Translations under genes and position numbers: made by a program
Notes under the pieces: generated by a model
Seen by the model: the letters and a program-made list of their open reading frames with translations, nothing else
The model's database searches: none
What the model was told of the DNA's origin: nothing
Part shown: piece after piece, positions 15,071 to 29,967 of the stretch
Layout of the letters: each line of letters opens with the position of its first letter
How positions within the stretch are numbered: the first letter of the stretch is position 1
Origin: Octopus sinensis
Taxonomy: Eukaryota
Assembly: GCF_006345805.1 (NCBI RefSeq)
Contig: NC_042999.1
Location: forward strand, 70,928,001 to 70,992,000
Direction: 5' to 3'
DNA: 64,000 nt

Positions 15071-15428
15071 TATTTAAGTAATTATTTCTATAGAAGCACA
15101 CAACTATTTTCATATGCAAAAGCTAAATTTGTTTGCCTACTTTCAGCTCTGTTATGGCAGGTTTATCGAAACCAGCTTTTTGTTGGTTTTGAATATTCAT
15201 ATTGGAAACATATTTATAGTTTACATGATGCTTTACAGACATTATCAGGTAATAGAATAAGTGTTCGAGACTTCAAATAAATCTTATTGATGACTGTCTA
15301 AACCATTAATCTTAACTTTATTTCGCTTTTGGACACTCATCTAGGATTTCTAAAGTATGATGAAGTTGTTGAAATGTTTATTATAGATGGACAAAATATT
15401 CCTGCACCCCCGCTTTGTCCCGTACGCC

Positions 15429-15623
<195 letters not shown>

Positions 15624-15791
15624 TATAAGCACACACACATATACATACACACACACACACACTCACACATATATATATAGATACATGATTATACATTATA
15701 TGTGCATAAATCGTGATGCATATTAGATATAATCGTATGTACAGTGTTGAGTGTATATCTATAATTATGGATGTATATGTATATATATATA

Positions 15792-15833
<42 letters not shown>

Positions 15834-16100
15834 CTTAGATACAGATGTGATATAGATATATAATCGTTTAATACATGAGTATACATATATTGATGTAACC
15901 ATGATGTTATTGTGATATGATGAGTTAGCTCTCTTTATTTGTATCAATTTGTGAATATACAATTTTATTGTATAATGCGGAGCATACATATTAATGTAAA
16001 TATCTATGTATAATCTTGCATATCGAAATTAATAGAAGTAGATGAAAAACGTTACGAGACAGCTCGAATCATTAATGTTTTGAGAGTGACATGATGAACA

Positions 16101-16135
<35 letters not shown>

Positions 16136-16246
16136 CTTACACACACACATACATATATATATCGTCGTATAGATTATACATTATATTATATATATATATA
16201 TTATATATATATATATAATATATATATATATTATTATCATATACAT

Positions 16247-16293
<47 letters not shown>

Positions 16294-16309
16294 CATATAT
16301 ATACATACA

Positions 16310-17244
16310 GAACCCCAGCGATGTGTTGCATATCTGCAGCAGGAGTTGGTCTCAATTTACAGACGGGCTGAGGATAATAATATGCAGTTCAATGCTGAAA
16401 ATTTCCAAGCCCTGCACTACCAGTGTCCAAAACTGAATATGCAACTTACAGAGTACACTGGTCCACAAGGAATTACAATCCCAGAGCCTAAATCAGTGAG
16501 GGACCTGGGTATCGACATGAGTGATGATACCTCTTTCCAAGAGCATATTACCAGTATGGCGACAAAGTGCAGACGACTGGCTGGTTGGATCCTGAGAATA
16601 TTCAGAACCAGAGATAAGGAAACCATGATTGTCCTCTGGAGGACATTCATTCTCAGCCGTCTGGATTACTGCTCACAGCTATGGTCACCCAACAGTGTAA
16701 AATTAACAGCAGACCTTGAAGCAATCCAGCGAAGCTTCACAAAGACCATCTCTTTGCAACAGCTCATCTATTGAGAAAGGCTGAAACAGCTAAGACTCTA
16801 CTCCCTGGAGCGAAAGCAGGAGAGTTATGCAGTAATATACATCTGGAAGATCCCGGATAGAATTGTACAAATTTTGGTATTGACAGCTACACCAATGCCC
16901 GAACGGGTCGACACTTGCACGGTGCCAAAGTCCCAGCAATGCCAAATCACTTCAGGACCAGTTACTGCAGCAGCCTAGATTTCAGGGGCACACAGCTTTT
17001 TAATATTCTCCCAAAAAGCCTGAGGGACCTGCACAAAGTAGATGTAGGCGTTTTAAAATCAAGGCTGGACCTCTTCCTGTCGAGAGTCCCAGACGAACCT
17101 ACCTCACAGCAAGAGGTGCAAATGAGGGTAGCTACATCAAACTCCATTCTTCACCAAGTGCCACATATTAGAGGAGGATCTCAGTAATAATAGTGTATCA
17201 AAACGGCGGTGCCCCAGCATGATCACAGCTCTGAGCTGAAACTA
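16310..17244 (+). mobile_element. CR1-group non-LTR retrotransposon, 5'-truncated 3' fragment (RT C-terminus plus tail)
   Basis: Translations NNMQFNAENFQ, SVRDLGIDMSDD, LSRLDYCSQLWSP, LEAIQRSFTK, ERLKQLRLYSLER and FRGTQLFNILPKSLR are typical post-RT motifs of CR1/L2-group LINEs. Stops and frameshifts are present, and the element ends in a short stem-loop tail. Confidence 0.9.
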
Positions 17245-17259
17245 CACTATATATATATA

Positions 17260-18566
17260 TAAATCACTTATTACCTCCCCTTATCTAGAACTCTCTCCTT
17301 CACTCTTCTCAACGTAAACATAACGATGTAAGAAATTTGAAAAGCTGAACGCGAAACCGGTCATTTCTTCAAAAACTATGTCATTGTATGCAAAAAAATT
17401 TATAACATTCTTCAGACATAATGACTCAAATATATATTTTTTAACCTTTTAAAACAAGCCTTCTGTAGTTTTTTCACTTTTTACTATTTTCTATATATTC
17501 AACCACGTTCTTTCACACACCAACTTTCTCACCTATATATTAAACACGTGAGACCGAAATGCCACAGAAGACTAATACCGGATAAAACTACAAATGAGGA
17601 CATACTAAAGAACTTAAAAGTATTAATGCACAGCTCATACCTTAAACAACAAAATCGAGGACCAAAACCTACTCGCCCGGGAAAGTAAAAAGTAAAAAAT
17701 GATACAACTCGCTATACTGACCAGGTTTAGTAAGGATTTACAACTGTTATACACAACACAAATTCAATTTTCATCAACAAATCCGACAAAAACAACACAC
17801 CAAATGAAACACCCAGGACATCATACGCACTCAAATTAAACCAGCAAAAAGAAAAATAGGAAACATTTGGAATACAAACTGCACAATAGAAAACTCGCCT
17901 TCTGGAACATGATAAAAAATTTCAACAAAGCAGATATATACGAGGGATGGATGAAAATCAACCCCAATTGTCCTCCCACGCAAATTCCAGATAAAATAAT
18001 TCCTAACGAGCCTGACGGACAAGAGAACTATTAGAAAAGTCAGCTCATCCAATTTAAGGTCAGAAATAGAAACTATTAAAACTTAGGGCTCCACAATGAT
18101 GAAAAATTTAACAAGCATCGACGAGGAGATGCACAATATAATACAAAAACATTACGAGGGACAACCCCTCGAAAATATCATAAATCATTGGAAAGATACC
18201 TGTGAAAAAAGAAGAGAGAAATTCTCTCTGCGCTGGGAAAAAGCAACGATTTCTTCCAAGATATACTTCACTTTCAAAAATGAATTAGGTGCAAATAATC
18301 CCTTCCTAAGAAAATTACAAAAAATAAAAAGAAAAAACCAAGCAACCCACAACAACCCCCAACTATTCCCATACAATAGAAACAGAAATCACCCACAACC
18401 AACATTTTCAAACCACGCAAGATCTTAACAGGGAACAAGCTGACAGACAACGCGTCTATGAAATAGATTACACCAAAAACAGAACACACCAACAATATCC
18501 TAATACCAGACCCAACCACCATACAGACACAAAACGACACTAGAATAAGAAATACACCACAACACT
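17260..18566 (+). mobile_element. Unassigned element: hammerhead-like motif followed by a decayed ORF
   Basis: 17330-17369: AAGAAAT-TTGAAAA-GC(TGAAC)GC-GAA-ACCGGT-C-ATTTCTT. It is followed by an A-rich frameshifted reading frame (about 17560-18560, including ORF 18096-18428). Bounded by microsatellite on both sides. Confidence 0.5.
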
Positions 18567-18568
18567 AT

Positions 18569-18601
<33 letters not shown>

Positions 18602-18640
18602 ATATATATATAATATTATATATATATATATTATAGTATC

Positions 18641-18700
18641 TAGAGATAGAAGTCCCCATGCAATTCATCAAATCCAAATTGCATGGGGACTTCTTCTCTA
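18641..18700. repeat. Hairpin with 17-bp perfect arms at the start of a short TA-flanked element
   Basis: gaagtccccatgcaatt (18649-18665) is the reverse complement of aattgcatggggacttc (18677-18693); the loop is 11 nt. Confidence 0.85.
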
Positions 18701-18781
18701 AATAACATATATTTCCTTATCGAGAATAATTCAATTTATTTGAATCCTGTGATGCCGGAATTTTTATTCCCTAATAAATAA

Positions 18782-18826
<45 letters not shown>

Positions 18827-18998
18827 CTATAGATATATATATATAATACATATTTACAATGACGACATACAGTGTGATTAAATATTATTTAGTTAATTTA
18901 TTTATGTAGGCAGAAGCATACGCGCACGCGTGCACACACACAAATAAATGCACACATATATAGTCAAATATATATATATGAGAATGTATATATACATA

Positions 18999-20239
18999 CA
19001 GGGGTTGGACAAAACAATGGAAATTTCAAAATTTCAAACAAATTTATTTTAATACGGGGTAGGACCGCCTTTGGCAGTAATTACAGCTTGAATTCTATGA
19101 GGTATGGACTCCTACAAAGTTTGAATTGTTTCCAAAGGAATTTTTGTCCATTCTTCAGCTAAAACCGTCTCCAGTTCTTGTAGTGATGATGGTGGAGGAT
19201 ATCGACTCCTTACTTGTTTTTCTAAAATGTACCACAAATGTTCAATAATATTGAGATCTTGGCACTGTGGTGCCAGATAAGATGTTCAACTTCACTAGAA
19301 TGTTCCTCGTGCCATTCAGTAACAACTTTAGCTGTGTGAATTGGTGCATTATCATCCTGAAAGATTGCGTTTCCCTCTGGAAACAGTTACGCAACCATAG
19401 GATGAATTTGATCATATAAAATGCTTAAATAGTCTTGACTATTAATTCTGCCATGAAGGGAAACCATTGGGCCGGCGGATTTCCAAGATATAGCCCCCTA
19501 GATTACAGATCCTCCTCCATGTTTAACAGTTGGAAGAAGGCAGTCTAGGTCAAATGCTTCTTTTGGCTGTCTCCACACGTATACTCGGCCGGTGGTCGGA
19601 AATAAGATAAAGGATGACTCGTCCGAGAAAATAACCAATTCTGTAGGTTTTTACTCCTCTAAACGCTTTGCGACGTTTGTTTTTGAAAGTAGTGGTTTTC
19701 TGATTGCAAACCCTCCCGTGAAATCCGGATTTGTGCAGCTGCCGGTGAACAGTTTTTGTGTGAACTAGATTCCCGAGGTGGTCATTAAGCTCTGCAGTAA
19801 TTTTGGGAGCTGTACTTTTGTGATCCTTTCTAACAATTCGCGTAAGAGTCCGAAGGTCCCTATTTGAAAGTTTTGTTTTCTTCGGGAGTTTCGTTTCGAC
19901 GAGGAAGTTTTTCCCTCTTTCTCAAAGGCTATCATTACTTTCGAGACAGTACTTCTCGATACACCAAACGTTTCGGCTGTTTTTGTTATGCTTGCACCTG
20001 CCATACGAGCACCAACAATTTGGTCTTTTTGAAAGTCCGATAGATCTGTCATTTTAATGAATTTTAATTACCTTTTTCTAATGATATCTGAAAAGAAACA
20101 GCAATTTTAGCAAAACACATTAAGCAACACTAATAATACATAAAAAAACAAAAATAAACAAGCTTTTGACGGTTTTATAGATATTTCAAAATTATAATGC
20201 TATAATGCTAGGTGTTTCCATTATTTTGCCCAACCCCTG
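18999..20239 (-). mobile_element. Tc1-like DNA transposon, full length, transposase pseudogene
   Basis: About 25-bp TIRs CAGGGGTTGG(A/G)CAAAA(C/T)AATGGAAA with TA on both sides. Minus-strand translation gives a paired-like N-terminus (DLSDFQKDQIVGAR...VSRSTVSK), FSDES, VKHGGGSV and FQDDNAPIHTA, with frameshifts and stops. Confidence 0.95.
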
Positions 20240-20868
20240 TATGTATATACAGGCATGAACTCACATACATATACATATATTGACGTGAGGTTTTTTTATG
20301 TATAAATATCGATAGGTTTTAGCAAACTTTGACTGAAGATGCTCTCATAGACAGTTAGGGAATGGTGTGCATTTTCACAAGGATATGTAGTAGTTTTGAA
20401 TTCAAAATTTGGTCAGTCGTCGTAAATAATCTACCTGCAATTGTTTGCTGTCATGAGATCTCATATGAACTAGCAGATCCAGGCTCAGATAAACATACAC
20501 TACTGCAGATATTACAAACATGTTCCAATTGAAAAGTGTCTGGGATTGGGGTCAAGTTCTGTTTTTGAAGCTCTCGTTTCGAGATAGAGTATCTGATTTT
20601 CCGTTTTCCAAATATTTTACAACCACCATAGATTATTTCTCTCCAGACCGATCAATTCTCCGTTAAGTGTTATAAGTACCACACGCACGAAATCCTCGAC
20701 ATTTGATTAACTCTTATAACTTTCTGACCATTAAAAATATAACGAAAATATATAATTCATGTATTCAATGCTGCTTCTGCGGTTTGCTCGACCTAGTCTA
20801 CACATGTATTCACATACATACGGATATGTACATGCATACACATAATGAAGTCTATATATTATACGCAT

Positions 20869-20968
20869 NNNNNNNNNNNNNNNNNNNNNNNNNNNNNNNN
20901 NNNNNNNNNNNNNNNNNNNNNNNNNNNNNNNNNNNNNNNNNNNNNNNNNNNNNNNNNNNNNNNNNNNN
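20869..20968. other. Assembly gap (100 N)
   Basis: Run of n. Confidence 1.
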
Positions 20969-21247
20969 ATGTTAAGTATGTTAGCCCTTATTTTACTATG
21001 TGTTCTGGGGAGTATACGAGGGCAAGAATATGTATTGTGTTTAGTGAAGTACGCGTATGTCGAGGAACGATAGTATCGAGGTAAACAGAGACTGACATAT
21101 ATGTTAGACGTAGGAAAAGGATAACTAATGGGTGCAGCAAATACAGAAGGATTGTGAATATATAAACATATGCATGCACGCGCGCGCACCCCCACACACA
21201 TACAAATATACATATCTCTCTCTCTATATATAGAGAAGATATACACG

Positions 21248-21394
21248 TCCATCCGACCCTCCATCCATCCATCCATCCATCCATTCATCCATCCATTCAT
21301 CTATCTCTCTCTCTCTCTATCCACCATCCATCCATCCATCCATGTATGTATGTATGTATGTATGTATGTATGTATGTATGTATGTATGTATGTG

Positions 21395-21456
<62 letters not shown>

Positions 21457-21464
21457 CATCTCTT

Positions 21465-21518
<54 letters not shown>

Positions 21519-21526
21519 CATCTCTT

Positions 21527-21605
<79 letters not shown>

Positions 21606-21643
21606 CTCTGTCTCTCTGTCTCTCTGTCTCTCTCTCTCGTTCT

Positions 21644-21676
<33 letters not shown>

Positions 21677-21748
21677 CATCAATCCATCTCTCTCTCACTC
21701 TCTCTGTCTCTCTGTCTCTCTGTCTCTCTCTCTCTCGTTCTCCCTCTT

Positions 21749-21823
<75 letters not shown>

Positions 21824-21846
21824 CTGTCTCTGTCTGCCTGTCTCTC

Positions 21847-21884
<38 letters not shown>

Positions 21885-21893
21885 ATCTATCTA
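21248..21893. repeat. Compound (CCAT)n/(ATGT)n/(CTAT)n/(CT)n microsatellite
   Basis: Direct reading; it explains the long LSIY ORFs at 21170-22045. Confidence 0.97.
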
Positions 21894-22169
21894 CATGTAA
21901 TTGCAAACAGAATAAACAGGAAACACACCCAGTCAGGCATATTAGGATAAAATACATTTCTTTACCCGGAGCAAAATTATGTTTCTGTGTGATAAACTCA
22001 TGTAAACCTATACATACTTTTACACGCTTCATCAGCCGGCGCTAGAAAAAGAAATATCTCTTAGAATAGACTTGTCCATACACACACATACACATAAATA
22101 CACACAGACACGCAAAACATATATATATATATATATATATATCATATATATATACAATATGATGTATAT

Positions 22170-22247
<78 letters not shown>

Positions 22248-22507
22248 CATACGCGCACACACATGCTTCTCCCCATAAAGCAAATTCGAAATTTCATGTT
22301 TTGGAGAAACATCTAGAATAGATTTTCTACATCAAGCGCGTGGCAATTCACACGCACACGCGCGCGTGCACACATGTACACATACGCATATAATTGTGTA
22401 CACACACACACATATATATATACACACATGTATAAATGCATATATGTATACAAATACATACACACACGCACATATATATGTATATGTATACATGTACACA
22501 TACACAC

Positions 22508-22556
<49 letters not shown>

Positions 22557-24189
22557 CAGATACAGTTTTACATACATGTACATGCATATGTAAACATACA
22601 CACGTGCGCACGCACACACACACATATCGCACACACGCATATATATATATATACACACCCACATTAAATCACGGTATATCTGTAAAACTTCGTTGAGGAC
22701 ACTGAGAAAGTATCTTTGTAGCAAGTCTTCGTAAAATCTCAATAGATATGCTTGGGACTCGAGCGATTATATATATTATATGTAATTTCAAATGGCTTAA
22801 AATAAAAACCTGTCTTGTCATACCTGTTACTAAAAATGCAGGCATACATATATTTTCAACAAGTGAAAAAATTTGCTCCGAAATACAACCATACATTTTT
22901 GAGACTCTGACAGCCAAAACTACGTATGCCTAAGTTAGTCGGCTCATAGACACTGTACAATATTTTGATGGATTTTAATCCTTGCATCTTTATAATAAAT
23001 TACCTGAAAGAAAAAACAACATTGGAAAGACTTGATTATCTCTCAGGACCCACCTAAGATTGAACACTAGTGCAATAGTATCTTGACCAGTATCTTAACC
23101 AATTGCCGATGTTTTAACGAATTAGGTCTGTGCTTCCTATCTTGAGCAGCAACTATTTACCAGTTAGCCCGAATCAACGGCAGTCATTTCAGTGACGGGT
23201 TTTGACAAATTTTGTAGCATTTGAAGTAGGTCAAAGGCATAATTCTAAAAATTTCAAAAGGTGCTTCAATTCAGTTTGCTCTATTAATCGCCAAACTGTT
23301 TAATGATATTTGGTCTTCGAATTCACTGCCCTATGGCCACTGGCTTTCCCACAGTATGCACAGCATACATCTATCTATCTAGAAGAGTGGTTCACAACCA
23401 TTTTCTTTTATCTGTGGGTGACTTTGATCCCTATTCTGCCCTGATAGATATCCATAGCCATTGGATGTTTATAAACTAGTTTTATAGATGCTTCTCTCAA
23501 AATTCTATTATGTTTTTCACGCATTATCTTGTGTAGCCTTAACTATATATAATGACACAGAAAGAAATCAAGCTGTTCTTTGCAATAAATACATTCAAAG
23601 CAAACTTTTTTCCATGGACTCGATGGAAATACTACTGTAGAGCTCCAATTTATTATTTTGCTTGTGTGGATTCCCCAAGATCTTGTAGGAACTCACAAGG
23701 GTCGTATGGACGCCTGTTGAGAATCATTGATCTAGATGGTAAAACCTTGACATTTTCCTTAAAACATGGTTTGACACATTTATGGCCACTTTTTGAAAAC
23801 ATACGAGTTTGCGTTAAAACGTATTGGGACATTTGGAAAACAGTGAGAATGTACATGACTCTTAACCACTGTGCGTGACTATGCTGCGAATCACACCGGA
23901 TTCATTTGCTGATTTCACTTCATCAGTTATATACAGAACTGTATGAATATTTAGTGAGGTAAAGACCAACGAAAAATACCTGCTTGGGTTAATCCAGCCA
24001 TAATCTTCACTGAGACACTTGAGATGATATAAATAGTTTCAGAAATTGCCCTTTGTAACTATGGAGCTCAGTAGAAAGGAAGTTTGATTATAATACACGA
24101 ATTATCTTCACAGCTTTGATTTTTCTGATATATAGTTCTGTACATGGAAATGTAAATACTAGTAATATTGCAATCTAAATCATCCTATA

Positions 24190-24410
24190 AATATATTTTG
24201 GCCACATGGAGAGGATAGATGAAGAGCGGATGGTAAGGAAGGTGATGAAGGCAGAAGTGGTAGGCAGCAGAACCAGAGGCAGACCTCGGTTTGTGTGGAT
24301 GGATGGAGGGAGGAAGGCTTTGGTGGGTAGATGTGTTGGAGTGAGAGAGACAAGAGAGTTTATAAATGATAGGAAAGCTTGGAGAATGTTTGTGGACGGA
24401 TGAGTGAATT
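24190..24410 (+). mobile_element. RTE-type LINE, extreme 3' coding fragment
   Basis: FGHMERIDEERMVRKVMKAEVVGSRTRGRPRFVWMDG...NDRKAWRMFV matches the conserved RTE C-terminus (WFGH..RM...R...RGRPR..W.D...DR..W). Confidence 0.85.
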
Positions 24411-27400
24411 TGATGTTGCTCAAAGGGGTACGGAACCAGCATGATGCGGCGTGAGTAAACCAGCATTTGCTGTCGGGCCCCGCTGCTGATATTGGGGGTT
24501 GCATTCTATGCCTTGACTCGAGCATAAAACAGGGCTCGCCTCCTTGATTTGGGAAAAGAATGGAATGCCTGGTATGTGTCTTGTTCTGGCTACCCCTCAT
24601 AAAAATGGGCAATAGGCCACACAATTGTGTAAATGGAAGCTGGTTCTGGTTCAAACTTGTTGCATTAAAATCATGACAATGTTATATGAATATAATATGT
24701 TTTATTAAGGATTTTTCATATTTTAATTACTCCTTTATGTTTAGTTGGCAGCAATAACGTTCTCTAGGCTCAATATTCCACGACGTTTTCGGTCTCATCA
24801 TTGAAATGATATGATAGCTTTATTCGCAAGTTATTAATGCACTTTTCATTAAATGGTACAGTATAATAGAAAAACTGTTATAACTGGTCAAAGCGTCAGC
24901 ACCGAAATGATCTATTTTATGTACGCAGTGATCATATTTGGTTCCTATTTTAGAAATAATAAAGTTTCCACAGATAATCCCCTTTTTTTTTGGGGGGGGG
25001 GGTATTCCATAAAGGATTATAGCATTGTCAACTAATATTTAACCGTAATATTATTCGTTTCTATGGGACCTTGTAAATGTTTATAACACATACACACATA
25101 TTTACCTGCGTACATACATATGCATGTATGAATGTATGCATGTGTGTATGTATGTATGTATGTATGTATGTATGTATGTATGTATGTATGTATGTATGTA
25201 TGTATGTATGTATGTGTGAGTGTGTGCGTCTGTGTGTGTGTGCGTGCGTGTGTGCATGCACGCGTGAGTGTGCGCGTGCGAGAGGTGTATGCTATCGGTT
25301 AGTTAAACGACTGGAAAGCTAACGTTGAATAGTAAGCCGACTATTTTGTGAAGTTAGTTGGGTTTAGAAATATCCTAAGTTCTAAGAGTGAATAGCAGTG
25401 ACAAGACAAGCAATCTTCAGATGGAAAATACTTAACTGCTTTATGTTAGTGTATAAATAATGAAGAAAAGTAATCAATTAATCAGGTAATGGAACTCAGT
25501 ATTCAATATGGTCTCGTTTTTTTTTGTAAAAGACTACTGGGAGGTGCGTTTTTGTAGTTAAATTTAGTTTGTGTCTGGTGGAATGAGAGCTTGGTAGTCG
25601 GCATTCGTGTCGGACATCCGTCGGTCAATGCATTTGTACGTGTGACGCCCTAGGTCATCGTAGACAACGACTGACAACATTATTATTGCATGTATGTGCA
25701 GGATTGGTCAAGATTTTGGGAAGAAGACTAGCAGTTGCTCGTACATCCAAGTATCCACTCCTCCCGCCACTGATTGAGAGATAGGAAAAGGCTGCCGACT
25801 TCAACCGATAGAGTACCTATGTCATCGCAGACCTTTCAGCCAGGACATGAAGAACTGGGATAGAGACCACATGGCATTTCGCCCGATCCTTTTACTGATC
25901 TACCAACACCCACCTTGCATTGGTACTTTTTATCGACCCGAAAGAAAGAAAGGTAAAGCGAGCCTTTGCGAAACAAACACCGTGAGGCATTCTAACCACT
26001 AACGACTCTGCCAGTTTACACATCTAACGCATCACATGTGTTTGACTTAACCATACACTTTCCTCAACAGCCGTTTTTTGAGGTGAGCTTCATTTTGTAT
26101 GGTGTCAATTTTGCAATTGAAATTGGATAAACGACAGCTTAGCAATTCACTTAGTTTATTGCTCAAATATAGACTGAATAATTGACTATTGTTTCGTTAG
26201 GTAGTAGGTATGATACGAACTTCTCTGATGGAGGGAAAATCTGTCAATTGAGAGAAATATCATTGTACTTATAGTCGTAATGAAAATACTTTTTGAGTTC
26301 CGATTTCAATATATAAAATTCCCCTCTATTTTGTAATAAACCTATACGAAATGTTTTTTTTCTCACGTTTCAACGCAATAGTATTGAATTTCTAAATCAT
26401 CATGATTTTAAAGATATTTTCAAATGGTATGTGTTTAAAATCGTTCTCCAAATGCAAAGGTTTGGCACACTTGCGTCTTATCGTTTAGATTCGGTTTCAC
26501 CTACGCATTTTGAGAGAAATTTGGCAACTGTAGAATGTGTGTGTGAACCTGTTAGAGGAAATGTTCCTGCTTTGGGTGGACGCCTTAATCTGTCGCCTTG
26601 TTGGACACTACCAGACTCCTCGGTACTTTTTCGCAGTGTATACTCAGTTGCAAACTTCTAGGCCTCTTCCCTTCTTCATACAGCTCTCAAAGTTCTTAAG
26701 ATGAGTCATGGAGACTGTAGTGTCTTCTCTCAGTCATTAAAATATTTGGCGCATTTACATGTAAAAGTGTTTTGAAAATATCAAGCCGTATTCTTGCAGC
26801 AATAAATGACAACATGCGCCCCGTTCTTTCCAACACGGTTGGGGATAAATTAGGGGAAGATGTTTTGTTGCTATTTCGAGCCAGTCAGGTGACTATGTAG
26901 GCATTTTGTCCGAGGGTCTAACGATTCTTCGAATCCATTGCAGTCAATTCCATATGAACTATTACTTCAAAGTTAGTTGAGCAGAGCCTCAGATCTGAAA
27001 GTTTGCTTTATAGAATCTTCTACGTCTAGTTCTGATCCAGAGAAACTCATTTGTCAGTGACCATTTCTACACCAACGTTCGAACTTGCGGGTATTTCTAT
27101 AGAACCTTACATTTCGTGGTGGTTAATTTCATAGACACTAGTATCTTCTGGTCTATCATGCAGAAATTTATACGTCATATTAGAGGTAACGAGCATCGCT
27201 ATAATAACTTAGAATCAAGATCAGCGCATTAGCTCATCCGCAGATGTGAGTGACACCGGCAATAATAACACCACCACCACTACCACCAACAAGAACAAGA
27301 ACAAGAACAAGAACAAGAACAACAACAAGAACAACAACAAGAACAACAAAAACAACAACAACACTACTAATGGTGAAATTTATACCAATCAACTAATGTA

Positions 27401-28218
27401 GTCTTTAGTAACTCATTATTTCGCGCCTGGATATGTTACTGTGTATTTATTTATACATTATTGATTGATTGTCATAAGAATATTTCTTGTTCAGATCTTA
27501 TCATACTGATGTACTGATGTATGACTGATGTATAACTATTTACACTTAACTTTACACGCTATTTAGACGCGTGATACACTGTTATATCAAGCAACACTGA
27601 CATATGTACACAGACACACTTTCACAAATATACAGAATGCTTCCCATAAGTAAAGTAGCATATTTCCGTGTACGCGCGCGCGCACACACACATTCCCAAA
27701 GAGGTAACATGCACTCTGTTGAGGTCATGTGTGTCTTATTACTATACATGCATAAATGCGCACATACATACATTCATATATATATACGTGTGTGTGTGTT
27801 TGTGAGTGTGTGTGTGTGTGTGTGTATGTGCGCGTGCGTGTGCGTGCGTGTGTGTTTATATATGTGTATATATATATAAATTTTTTTTCCGTAATGAGAT
27901 AAAATACCAAGGCTGTGTAGATTTTAGAACATTTATAGATAGAAAGTCTTACAGCTGTTTCCAGGATATTTATCATATCCCTTCATCGGTGACGGTGTGA
28001 GAGGATGGTTAAGAAATAGTTGATTTGGATAAGATACAAAATAGAGAGTGAGGTGGAGGAAATAAAAGAAAATAGATGTGAGATATGTAGGGATATTGTA
28101 TCTGTAGATCCATTTTTTAAATGCAGAATGGCATACATATAAGATTCCAATACCTTATGAGTAAAATCCAATAGTATTTGATTATATATATATAATCAAA
28201 TCACTACACACATACACA

Positions 28219-28987
<769 letters not shown>

Positions 28988-29015
28988 ATAATTATATATA
29001 ATATATATATATATA

Positions 29016-29115
<100 letters not shown>

Positions 29116-29347
29116 CTTTATTTAAAAGCAGCAGAAATTCAACAAAACATGTTACTCGGAGTTTCACGTTCCCGTTCGTCGGACAGTTTTGTTAAAATTT
29201 TAGCAAAACTGTCCGACGAACGGGAACGTGAAACTCCGAGTAACAGGTTTTGTTGAATTCTGCCGCTTTTAAATAAAGCATATTACTCTACTCCTGGTAT
29301 TTGAGTACTCTTTTTTCCACCTTGTTTCACATTTATGTGTTTACTCC

Positions 29348-29350
<3 letters not shown>
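29116..29350. mobile_element. Near-perfect palindrome with minimal hammerheads on both strands plus a unique 3' tail (PLE pLTR-like)
   Basis: Arms 29116-29197 and 29198-29278 differ at 4 positions. Each arm reads CTGT-CCGACGA-ACG(GGAA)CGT-GAA-ACTC(C)GAGT-A-ACA. An AATAAA follows, then a 72-nt tail. (TA)n on both sides. Confidence 0.85.
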
Positions 29351-29389
<39 letters not shown>

Positions 29390-29819
29390 TCACCTATGCG
29401 TAAATAGCACACGCATACACTTATCAAGAAATAAATGAATCTCTGTCAGCTTGGAAGAGGAATAGTCTGTTGCTCAATCAACTATAGTATCAGGTCACAG
29501 AATGTGGATGGCCACTTAACCCAAAGTACGTAGCCGCAATAGCAAGAGTATCTTCAAGTGCTTATTTTAAAGGATCCCTCAAGCTTTGCGGTAAGTTAGT
29601 TGTTTCTCTTGCGTGAAATGTACCTGCAAAATGATGTAGTAAGGATTACTTATTAATGTAGCGAATGTTTGTTGTGCAGAGGAACAATTAGTGTTTGGAT
29701 TCCTAGCAGAATGTATAAATTCCTGCAGGTAGTCGTATGTGACAAAACGCTGGATATTCGTAGGATCGAAAGCACGTTCGCCGACTAATTTTATTCCAAT
29801 CTTGGTGATGCGACACTTC

Positions 29820-29873
<54 letters not shown>

Positions 29874-29928
29874 AATTTATATATAGAGGGCATTATTATA
29901 CATACATGCCACACGCTAAAAGGGACAA

Positions 29929-29959
<31 letters not shown>

Positions 29960-29967
29960 ATATTTAT

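Noticed and set aside
24775-24810. Minus-strand ATGATGA-GACC-GAAAACGTC
   Set aside because: Stem II is essentially absent, there is an extra A in GAAA and C3 is missing.
26431-26661. Open frames on both strands in a GC-richer patch
   Set aside because: Splice signals are poor and there is no recognisable homology.
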